From an uncultured virus (IMG/VR IMGVR_UViG_2891407665_000020) (Duplodnaviria; Heunggongvirae; Uroviricota; Caudoviricetes): 21,781 bases of DNA. Positions 1 to 7,390 of the stretch are shown here, in pieces. The stretch lies in the IMG/VR virus record IMGVR_UViG_2891407665_000020; one strand, written 5' to 3'. Position 1 is the first letter of the stretch; the number at the start of each line of letters is the position of its first letter. The notes below the pieces were generated by a model, which had not been told where the DNA came from, searched no databases, and was given only the letters and a program-made list of their open reading frames with translations. The position numbers and the translations under genes were made by a program.

Positions 1-1
1 T

Positions 2-1453
2 GTACAGGCGTCCGCAAAAACGCGACGCGAGCTTGAACGTTACGGAAAACGGTTAGTTGGCCTTTTGCAGCAGGATAAGATTTGCGTGCGTGAGATCAAA
101 GGGAATATTGGGGAATATTTGTCTAACTTCTGCCCGGCGTCTTTCCAGCGTGGGAATATAAAAAATACTTCAAGTTTTCTCGTAGGCCAGGAAGCGCTTG
201 CATTCCAGATGCCTTATAGGCTGAAAGGGCTTATTAACAGCTCTGGGATGCTCCTTGGTATGGACTGGCAGACCAGACTTCCGTTTGTGTATAACCCTTT
301 GGAGACTCCGGATGGACAGGTCGTGCTTGTTGCCGGTCGTACAGGTTCAGGAAAGACTTACACTTGCTTTAATATTGCACAGCAGGGGATTGGTTATGGC
401 ATACACAGTTCCGCTATAGACTTCAAAGGGCGAGAATGGTGCAAGCTTGCCGAGTTTGTAGACACGAAAGTGATTTCAATGGATGGGGCAGACCCAGTGT
501 TTGTAAATACGTTGCGCTTGGACGACTTAAACTGCACAAAGGACAATTGCAAGGAGATGTTTAGCAACGCAGTGACCGGTACTGTGATGCTGTTATCACT
601 TATGGTAGATTTACAGCCCAACGAAGGGAACGCTGTTGATTTGCATACCATACTTGAAAAAGCAACTATGAAGCTGTACAGCAGGGAAGGCGTGTTCCAG
701 GACAACCCAGAAACATTTAGCAGGACAGCATCAATGACTTACCAGGACATAATTGATATTGTAGCCGATTTGGAAAGCACGGGAATTTATAATGAGAACC
801 AGGTTAGGATTTGTAATTTAATTAAACTTAGGTGCTCAAATTACTTCTCCTCTGATGGGCGGTATAGCGACCTTATGCGGAATGAGGTAACCGTGGGGGA
901 TATTCTTAACACGCCGCTCATTGTATATTCATTCAATAAAAACAGTAATGGCGAGCTTGATTTGCTTGACACCATTAAGGTATTTATGGTGCAGTTCCTA
1001 GATAGCAAAAAGCATGAGATTCGTAAACAGCAGCATTTGCATACATTTGCCTTCTATGAAGAGCTGCAGCGTTGCACCAGCTTCACTGTATTGCTCCGGT
1101 ATATAAGCAGCCGCGTAACAGGGTCAAGGAGTTCAAATGTGTCCGTGTTCCTTTTGCTTAATGCCATTTCGGCGCTTGATTCTGATGCAATGGCACAAAT
1201 ACGTTCTAATATTACAACTAAGATTATTGGGAAAGTGACAGAAGAAGATAAAAAGGTTTTAGTGGAAAAGTTCGGGTGTGGCGCCATTGAAAAGTATATT
1301 GACTTAATAATAGATACGTCAAGTGTTTTATACCGGAATTGTTTTGCCATCCAGTATGAAACAGGGCACAATATGGATAAGGCGCTATTTAAAACTATCC
1401 TCCCTGATTATATGTGGGAAAAGCTGAATACCAGGGATAGCGTGGGTATGTGA
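2..1453 (+). CDS. VirB4/ConE-like conjugative (T4SS) ATPase, C-terminal part; 5'-truncated by the window edge
   Basis: Frame is open from base 2 (VQASAKTRRELERYGKRLVGLLQQD...), so the TTG at 65 is not the true start. Walker A VAGRTGSGKT follows GMLLGMDWQTRLPFVYNP. IDFKGREW matches the VirB4 'iDpkgEy' motif, and a Walker-B-like FAFYEELQR and C-terminal IRSNITTKIIG follow. It sits directly upstream of a wall hydrolase, as in Gram-positive T4SS clusters. Confidence 0.8.
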   Translation, partial: VQASAKTRRELERYGKRLVGLLQQDKICVREIKGNIGEYLSNFCPASFQRGNIKNTSSFLVGQEALAFQMPYRLKGLINSSGMLLGMDWQTRLPFVYNPLETPDGQVVLVAGRTGSGKTYTCFNIAQQGIGYGIHSSAIDFKGREWCKLAEFVDTKVISMDGADPVFVNTLRLDDLNCTKDNCKEMFSNAVTGTVMLLSLMVDLQPNEGNAVDLHTILEKATMKLYSREGVFQDNPETFSRTASMTYQDIIDIVADLESTGIYNENQVRICNLIKLRCSNYFSSDGRYSDLMRNEVTVGDILNTPLIVYSFNKNSNGELDLLDTIKVFMVQFLDSKKHEIRKQQHLHTFAFYEELQRCTSFTVLLRYISSRVTGSRSSNVSVFLLLNAISALDSDAMAQIRSNITTKIIGKVTEEDKKVLVEKFGCGAIEKYIDLIIDTSSVLYRNCFAIQYETGHNMDKALFKTILPDYMWEKLNTRDSVGM

Positions 1454-3558
1454 TGCGTAAAAAAGGTAACGGCTTTGGGAAATTTCTTCTGTCAATAATT
1501 CTAGCAACTTCCATGTTTTTTCTAGCAGCATTATCAGATCTTGATTCTTCAATGATGTACGTGCTCCTTGACCGCACAAGATTCAGCCCCGCCGGGATGT
1601 TATTTGATGGGCTACATGTATTCACAGAGGATGTGGAAGACAACAGCTCTAATAATGGTGCAGTGTCCTACGATGGGCTAAATTATGCTCTGATAGACCA
1701 GCTAAGCAATTCTTATGTCAAGAATCTGCTGAAATTATACCAATCATCAGCTTCAGGTGAGCTGGATAACTTTAAAAGCCATGTCACAGTGACAGGGCTT
1801 TTAACAACGCAGGTTTCCTCTACAGGGTATTATCCGAACACGGCGCTCCCCTTGTCTTATCTGCCTTTTGAGAACAATAAAGTCATTTGGGGGGAACCAT
1901 ACAAGGGCGTATCAAAGGATGATATGACGCTGCGTACTTTTGGTACGCAGCAGTACCGGAAGATTGGCGGGGAGGAATATAACCAGCTGATGAATGAGAA
2001 ACCCGCCAGGAAGCAAGCCGCACCTAAGAGGACCCCATGGGCAATCGACGTTACAGCGTTCAGTGCATCCGGGACTCGTGATTTCAGGAACCTACCTGAC
2101 TGTCTGTCATACCTGAACCAGTTATACGTGGAATCTTTAAAAGCACATGGTATAGAAGACGATTTAGCTTTAGCTTCTAGAGATACACGTATAGGTGACG
2201 CCTTATTTGCTGCCGGGTTGGAACTTGGTAAAGCTGATGCTGTGAAAAGTGCATTTGGCATTCTAGACAGACGTACTAATACGAAGCGTTTGGATATGGG
2301 GAAAAAGGGTTCTGGGGAGATGAGTATTCTTGCCTATAATTCTATTTTGTCCCTGTCACTTGATTTTCTTAATGGGTATCAAAAAGACCAGCGTTGGCAG
2401 GAGCTTTCGCCTGACGAGTTCATAGCAGACGCAGCGGTTGTCCTTGCTTGCAGGAATAACGGGTGGTTTCTCAGCAGAAAGGCTTATGACTCAATTGGGG
2501 AATCTACATTCCGAGTATGGAAGCTTTTGTATGCAGATGATACAGTGGCATCCGTAGCGGATTGTAAAGCAATTGCAGAAACAAAGGTGAAAGACTTACA
2601 AGAGGCCATAACCGCAACAACAGGGGTTCCAGTTAGTAAGAAAGATACACAGAAGGTGTATGGCACTCGAACAGACTATGATGATGCAGCAGGTGACAAC
2701 AATGGTTTTATTTATCATGTTTCTGAAAACGAGTGCAGTCTTTATACACGTTCTTACGATGACAGTACTGCGCCTTCTTTAGTATCCGTATACGACCGCA
2801 AGGTTGCCGGCAAGATAATTTTCACATGTGCCATGGGAGAAGTTTTGTATGTAAATTTACTAAAGGCTGGCGGTCTGACGAATGTTGATGTGACAGACCC
2901 ATCCACTTATAAAAATGAGGTGGTTAATAGCGGTAATAAAGTCTCCAACGGAAATCTAAACAGTATCTATAGCAAGGCCGGTCTTGACTCTACCATGCTT
3001 TCAGCGGAGCGTATTGCTGTTCTCAATAATGCAGCATCCATGCTTGGAAAGGCTTGTTACACATGGGGCGGTGGTCATGGCGGTTACGGGATTGGTGAGA
3101 CTCCGTCGCCAGCTTCTGATGGCATGTATGATTTTGACTGTTCTGGCTTTGTAAGCTGGTGTTTCATGAAAGAGGGTTATCTAAGCAGCCAGCGTGTATC
3201 TAATGGTTATGCACCTGATTTCTATCAGATTGACTATGACGAGCTTTTGCCTGGGGATATTTTCTCATGCAGTGGACATGTAATGATTTATGTGAATACA
3301 GATTCAAAGGGAAACTGCTGGGTAATTGATGATGGTGGGGGTGGGCCCGGCACATACCATGTGTATGTTGAAGGCGAGGTTGGCGTTCGGTTTATGAGCA
3401 AATCACTTCCTGTGAAAAATAAGAATGGGCGCGTTATAAAAACCTCTGGAGGCAGGACCGACAATAGGGTTTACGTGTGTATGCGCGCAAAATCATTTGA
3501 CAAGACCGATACTAAACGTAAAACATACATCCCATCAGGAAACAGTGGAGCAAGGTAA
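1450..3558 (+). CDS. Membrane-anchored NlpC/P60 (C40) peptidoglycan endopeptidase, probable conjugation wall hydrolase (CwlT/VirB1 analogue)
   Basis: N-terminal basic stretch plus hydrophobic helix (RKKGNGFGKFLLSIILATSMFFLAAL). C-terminal LGKACYTWGG...FDCSGFVSWCF...LLPGDIF...GHVMIYV retains the catalytic Cys and His. Overlaps the VirB4 stop (GTGA; alternative ATG at 1453). Confidence 0.85.
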   Translation: MMRKKGNGFGKFLLSIILATSMFFLAALSDLDSSMMYVLLDRTRFSPAGMLFDGLHVFTEDVEDNSSNNGAVSYDGLNYALIDQLSNSYVKNLLKLYQSSASGELDNFKSHVTVTGLLTTQVSSTGYYPNTALPLSYLPFENNKVIWGEPYKGVSKDDMTLRTFGTQQYRKIGGEEYNQLMNEKPARKQAAPKRTPWAIDVTAFSASGTRDFRNLPDCLSYLNQLYVESLKAHGIEDDLALASRDTRIGDALFAAGLELGKADAVKSAFGILDRRTNTKRLDMGKKGSGEMSILAYNSILSLSLDFLNGYQKDQRWQELSPDEFIADAAVVLACRNNGWFLSRKAYDSIGESTFRVWKLLYADDTVASVADCKAIAETKVKDLQEAITATTGVPVSKKDTQKVYGTRTDYDDAAGDNNGFIYHVSENECSLYTRSYDDSTAPSLVSVYDRKVAGKIIFTCAMGEVLYVNLLKAGGLTNVDVTDPSTYKNEVVNSGNKVSNGNLNSIYSKAGLDSTMLSAERIAVLNNAASMLGKACYTWGGGHGGYGIGETPSPASDGMYDFDCSGFVSWCFMKEGYLSSQRVSNGYAPDFYQIDYDELLPGDIFSCSGHVMIYVNTDSKGNCWVIDDGGGGPGTYHVYVEGEVGVRFMSKSLPVKNKNGRVIKTSGGRTDNRVYVCMRAKSFDKTDTKRKTYIPSGNSGAR

Positions 3559-3607
3559 ATCGGTTTAGATTTTTATAAATAATAAAAAGACACGAGGAGG
3601 ATGAACA

Positions 3608-3919
3608 ATGGAACGAGATGTGCAATTGAATGTTTTAATAAAACTTCGCAATGAGATGTGCCGAAAAAAGCGTCTGCTTCCCTATCAGATTTTTACGTGT
3701 GAGTGTGCGGAAGCTATTGTAGAAGCACAGCCGAGGAATCTGGAAGAGCTTGGGAGAGTCAAGGGGTTTCCAGCGGGAGGCAGGAGACACAATAAATACG
3801 GGAAGATAGTACTGTATACATTGCAGAACGCAGATAAGATCGAGGGCTTTGATATAGCAGAATCCGATAACGAGGGTGTGGATATCACGCCAGTGATAAG
3901 GAATATGACATGCTTTTAA
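3608..3919 (+). CDS. Stand-alone HRDC-domain protein
   Basis: LIKLRNEMCRKKRLLPYQIFTCECAEAIVEAQPRNLEELGRVKGF...KYGKIVL matches the HRDC pattern (L..lR...A....pPY.If....l..ia...P....eL..i.G......kyG..il). Strong RBS GAGGAGG upstream. Confidence 0.85.
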   Translation: MERDVQLNVLIKLRNEMCRKKRLLPYQIFTCECAEAIVEAQPRNLEELGRVKGFPAGGRRHNKYGKIVLYTLQNADKIEGFDIAESDNEGVDITPVIRNMTCF

Positions 3920-3963
3920 GAAGCATGTCAGGGTAGTCGCCTGTAAAAGGGCGTCAGCCCTTT
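3906..3963 (+). terminator. Tandem hairpins at the HRDC/NERD junction; possible weak terminator, attenuator or operator
   Basis: Perfect 10-bp inverted repeat TGACATGCTT (3906-3915) / AAGCATGTCA (3921-3930) around the HRDC stop codon. It is followed by an imperfect GC-rich stem AGGGTAGTCGCC...GGCGTCAGCCCT (3930-3961) and a short TTT. Confidence 0.4.
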
Positions 3964-3985
3964 AGTAATGCAAGGAGATAGGCGT

Positions 3986-4504
3986 ATGCGGACTGACCTT
4001 AATGTTAAAGGGGCTGTCTTTGAGTTTGTTATTGGTAACACTCTGAAAACCAATTTTAAACAGTCCAAACTTTTTTATGATATTCGTATAAAGTGCAGAT
4101 GGCTTCGGAGAAACGAGACACAGATAGACCTACTGCTTCTCACGGAAAAGGCGATTTATGTAATAGAGGCAAAAAATTGGAGCCGTGGGATAATTGGCAA
4201 TTATGGCGATTATGTTTGGAGGGGATATGGCAACCAGCCGCAAGGTATGACTGTTGTAAGTCCGTTCCTTCAGAACACGCTGCACACTAGGATGATTAAG
4301 TCCCGCGCGTTATTGCACGGGTGTACAATACCTCAGGTATTTAGCTTTATATGTGTTCCTGACAGCTGTGTAATAAATTCTGACTGCGGGGATATTGTGC
4401 ATTTTTCACAGATAGTACAGAAGATTGCTAGCGTAGAGCACAGCCTTACAAACTATTTTGATGTCCAGGATGTAGCCAGAATAATAGGAGAGTGCAAAGT
4501 ATGA
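3986..4504 (+). CDS. NERD-domain (PD-(D/E)xK) nuclease
   Basis: KGAVFE...TQIDLLLLTEKAIYVIEAKNWSRGIIG...SPFLQNTLH is the NERD signature (QIDh...iEvKN...sP..Qn..h). ATG 3986 is preferred over 3968 because AAGGAG lies 8 nt upstream. Confidence 0.88.
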   Translation: MRTDLNVKGAVFEFVIGNTLKTNFKQSKLFYDIRIKCRWLRRNETQIDLLLLTEKAIYVIEAKNWSRGIIGNYGDYVWRGYGNQPQGMTVVSPFLQNTLHTRMIKSRALLHGCTIPQVFSFICVPDSCVINSDCGDIVHFSQIVQKIASVEHSLTNYFDVQDVARIIGECKV

Positions 4505-5250
4505 AGAAACATTGTTTTACATGCGGTGGGCATGGATTAAAGGATAAGGTATGCCCAGAATGTGGGCTAAAGCATAATTCCATGAACTTGGATAAAAAGC
4601 CCGTTGAGGCAAAGAAACTTGTTATAGCGGCAAAAAAGTGCTTGATACCCGCTGGGTATACCGGTGTCGAATGGAATGAGGAGCGTTTGCGAATGTCGCA
4701 CCAGGAGCGTGCAAAAGACCAACTATTTTTACGGTTTGTTGCACAGTTAGATAAAGTGCATAGTATTTTTGCATCGGGCAGGTTGCCGGCAAAATCGGCT
4801 ATTTTCATAGCGCCGCCGCAGCATTCAAAAATGACTTTTGCATACAGCTGTATGCAGTTAGCGCTTATGCATGGTTTTAAAGTGGCACCATTGTTGGACA
4901 GCCTTGAGGTAAAAAGGCTACTGGTATTAGCTGCGGAGCGCCCGCAGGAGATTGTGCTGGGCATACCTTACGAGGAATATGTAAATGCAGATGTTGTGTT
5001 TATCACAATAACAAAAACAACATATCGTAACAGCGCTTATCAGATTATACAAGAGATGCTGGATAAGAGGAGCAGAAAAGGGCTGCCTACATTTTTTCTT
5101 TCAAGATATAATATGGCGACGCTAAGCGCATGGGACTCATCCAAGTCTTTTGACTATGTTAAGGATTATAACAATACAGAAAACTCGTTAAAGTACCCGG
5201 CAATCATAAACTGCTGGGTCAGGGACGACAGGGCAACGAAAGGGGTGTAG
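4501..5250 (+). CDS. Zn-finger plus DnaC/IstB-like AAA+ protein with degenerate ATPase motifs (putative helicase loader)
   Basis: N-terminal CFTC...CPEC. AIFIAPPQHSKMTFAYS sits at the Walker A position and ADVVFITIT at Walker B. IIQEMLDKRSRKGLPTFFLS matches the DnaC/IstB 'iid.R....lPtiitS' motif. ATG 4501 overlaps the NERD stop (ATGA), with AGGAG upstream. Confidence 0.65.
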   Translation: MKKHCFTCGGHGLKDKVCPECGLKHNSMNLDKKPVEAKKLVIAAKKCLIPAGYTGVEWNEERLRMSHQERAKDQLFLRFVAQLDKVHSIFASGRLPAKSAIFIAPPQHSKMTFAYSCMQLALMHGFKVAPLLDSLEVKRLLVLAAERPQEIVLGIPYEEYVNADVVFITITKTTYRNSAYQIIQEMLDKRSRKGLPTFFLSRYNMATLSAWDSSKSFDYVKDYNNTENSLKYPAIINCWVRDDRATKGV

Positions 5251-5253
5251 CCA

Positions 5254-5757
5254 ATGGATATTTCGAGATACCAGCTGGATAGTTATCGCAATGAGTATGA
5301 ACGGATAAGGAAAGAGATTCCTGCTGTAAAACAGAGAAAGCAGGACGCCCGGGCTGAAGGCGATTTAAGGGAAAATACTGAGTACGATATTGCAAGCTCT
5401 GAGTACGAGCAGCTAATGCGGAGGATGAGCCAGCTAGAAGAGATCATCAGCAGCGCTAATGTTATAGACGCTGATGCAGGTACCAGAATTGGGCTTGGAA
5501 GCTTTGTAAGGATTAAGTGCCTAACCCTGCCTGATAACCAGGAACGTGTCCTGCGTGTAGACGCCAATGGGGATCCAGTCTCTGATAAGAACAATCAAGT
5601 GCTTGGGATTAAATCACCGCTAGGCAGGAAGGTGTTCAACGGCGTATCAGGGGATTACAAGATACAGGCTCCCGCCGGTGAACTTGTGTACCATGTAGAA
5701 AAGATTACGCTAGAGGAGGTAAAAAAGTTCTATGAGGGGTGTGTGGAGGGGCAGTAA
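5254..5757 (+). CDS. greA: GreA/GreB-family transcription elongation factor
   Basis: Coiled-coil tip ARAEGDLRENTEYDIA keeps both acidic residues (GDLxEN). Also IGLGSFVRI and C-terminal SPLGRKVFNG...IQAPAGELVYHVEKI. Confidence 0.9.
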   Translation: MDISRYQLDSYRNEYERIRKEIPAVKQRKQDARAEGDLRENTEYDIASSEYEQLMRRMSQLEEIISSANVIDADAGTRIGLGSFVRIKCLTLPDNQERVLRVDANGDPVSDKNNQVLGIKSPLGRKVFNGVSGDYKIQAPAGELVYHVEKITLEEVKKFYEGCVEGQ

Positions 5758-6175
5758 ACTGTTGATTTTGTCTGTTGCTATTATCATTATCGCAGTAGTC
5801 TTTGGCTTTGGTGCGTTTGCCATAGCAACCCCCGCCCTTGATGGGGAAGATGTTGTGAAACTAATGTACGAGTTTCAGGATGTCAGGGAACTGGATTCCA
5901 ATAAAGAGAAACTGAGGGATTTAGTAACCGACAGCGTATTCGATGAGATTACGGTTGATACAGAGGGCAGAAGGCTGAATACATACCTACGTTTTATGGC
6001 GTCGCCTACACGCGTATCTATTATTAAGAAGACTAACGATTATGTGCTTTATCATATAAAAAATGAGAATATTGACAGTAAGCGCGTATTTCTATTTATG
6101 TTTGAGATAACTAATGGCAAAGTTAGTAAAGTGAGGGAGGCAGAGATTATTGATTTTGTTGAAGTTAATGATTAA
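5732..6175 (+). CDS. Hypothetical protein with N-terminal membrane anchor or signal peptide
   Basis: Hydrophobic LLILSVAIIIIAVVFGFGAFAIA followed by a small soluble alpha/beta domain. GAGGAGG upstream; overlaps the greA end. Confidence 0.7.
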   Translation: MRGVWRGSKLLILSVAIIIIAVVFGFGAFAIATPALDGEDVVKLMYEFQDVRELDSNKEKLRDLVTDSVFDEITVDTEGRRLNTYLRFMASPTRVSIIKKTNDYVLYHIKNENIDSKRVFLFMFEITNGKVSKVREAEIIDFVEVND

Positions 6176-6305
6176 GGTAATCGCCTTTGTGCTATTCTGC
6201 TTTATTAGCGCATATGTAGCGGTGGTCGGAAAGGGTAGAACAGGAATAAAAATTGATTATCTAATTACATCGATACTTTTATGCCTGCTGATGTTTAGGA
6301 TATGA
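6168..6305 (+). CDS. Small two-helix membrane protein (45 aa), absent from the supplied ORF track
   Basis: MIKVIAFVLFCFISAYVAVVGKGRTGIKIDYLITSILLCLLMFRI*. It fills the gap exactly, overlapping the upstream gene by 8 nt and the downstream start by ATGA (6302-6305). Confidence 0.7.
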   Translation: MIKVIAFVLFCFISAYVAVVGKGRTGIKIDYLITSILLCLLMFRI

Positions 6306-7288
6306 GATACACAGAAAAGAAACATGTGCGTTGGCTCGAGGCTGGAGCCAACTTAATAGAGTCCACGGTCGGCGTTGTTTTAAAGGCGCCATTTATCCTT
6401 GTGAAAGAGATAGGGATGAAAATCACATTCCTGAAACGAAAGACTATTGAGCACGTTTTGTCAGTTGCAATCCTAATCGCCGTGGCAGATATCTTGATGG
6501 AGTCAGGTATGCGACTGACTACTAAAAGTTTTAATTTGTATGTCGGAAGTCTCCCACTGATAGTACGTATTGTGGGGTTAATGGTTTTGGTGGCTATTTA
6601 TTTTGTATACGAATTATACGACTTTAAGATCTATCAGGATATTGAAGAGGTGTTATCAGTAAGAAGAGCTGATTATGAGGCAGCGGACGGTAAACCGGAT
6701 TTGCAGGAGCTTGCGTATGACTTGGATGCGGAAGAGGAGAGCATCCAGGATGAGTTTGCTGGTATGGGATATGATGCGCAGCACGATGCTACTGATGCGG
6801 ATGAGCCTGTACAGGACCTGAACTTGCAGGAAATTGATTTCGATAACCTGCAGGGGCTGGACGATTTAGAATCTTCCGACCTGGACGAAATACCGGAGTG
6901 TGGTTATGGGGAGAACACGTTAGACAAGACAGAACCCACTGTTATAAACTTAAAAAAGGATATTGAAAGCAGTCCCAGCAGTACAGGTAGTGTAGTGGGG
7001 GACAATAGTGATGATGCTTATGTAATTATTGATGATGAGATTGCTGATTACAAGCAGGAAACGGAGCAAAAGGTTAATGATATCCAAAAATTTGGTGCAG
7101 AGTATACTGGTGACCTGTCTGACACAGAGATTGCTGATATAGAACAGCGGTTGGCAGATGATAGTGAACCTTTGGATGAAGCGCTAGCAGCCTTGCTCGA
7201 AAAAAGCGACGCAGAGCTGGACGATTTTGAGGAACTTGAAAATTTGGAGGACTGGGGAATACCATCTTATTTTAATATGATGGTATAG
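6302..7288 (+). CDS. Membrane protein (about 2 TM helices) with a long, very acidic C-terminal tail
   Basis: Hydrophobic segments HVLSVAILIAVADIL and LPLIVRIVGLMVLVAIYFVY. The last ~225 aa are about 30% D/E by hand count. Confidence 0.75.
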   Translation: MRYTEKKHVRWLEAGANLIESTVGVVLKAPFILVKEIGMKITFLKRKTIEHVLSVAILIAVADILMESGMRLTTKSFNLYVGSLPLIVRIVGLMVLVAIYFVYELYDFKIYQDIEEVLSVRRADYEAADGKPDLQELAYDLDAEEESIQDEFAGMGYDAQHDATDADEPVQDLNLQEIDFDNLQGLDDLESSDLDEIPECGYGENTLDKTEPTVINLKKDIESSPSSTGSVVGDNSDDAYVIIDDEIADYKQETEQKVNDIQKFGAEYTGDLSDTEIADIEQRLADDSEPLDEALAALLEKSDAELDDFEELENLEDWGIPSYFNMMV

Positions 7289-7390
7289 TCTGTATACCAC
7301 TTATGCTATTGCAGTTTTTTATATGTAATTGTGACAATGAGATAAGTGTGTATTGTCCGCGAGGATTATAAGAAGCGAGGAGGTATTACT
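7289..7390 (+). promoter_or_regulatory. Largest intergenic region; AT-rich, possible promoter or structured leader, with strong RBS
   Basis: Weak sigma-A-like TTGTGA (7329-7334)-16 nt-TATTGT (7351-7356). Inverted repeat CACTTAT (7299-7305) / ATAAGTG (7342-7348). RBS GAGGAGGT before ATG 7391. Confidence 0.3.

Noticed and set aside
6176..6301. Apparent intergenic gap as a promoter or ncRNA
   Set aside because: Better explained by the coupled 45-aa membrane ORF at 6168-6305.
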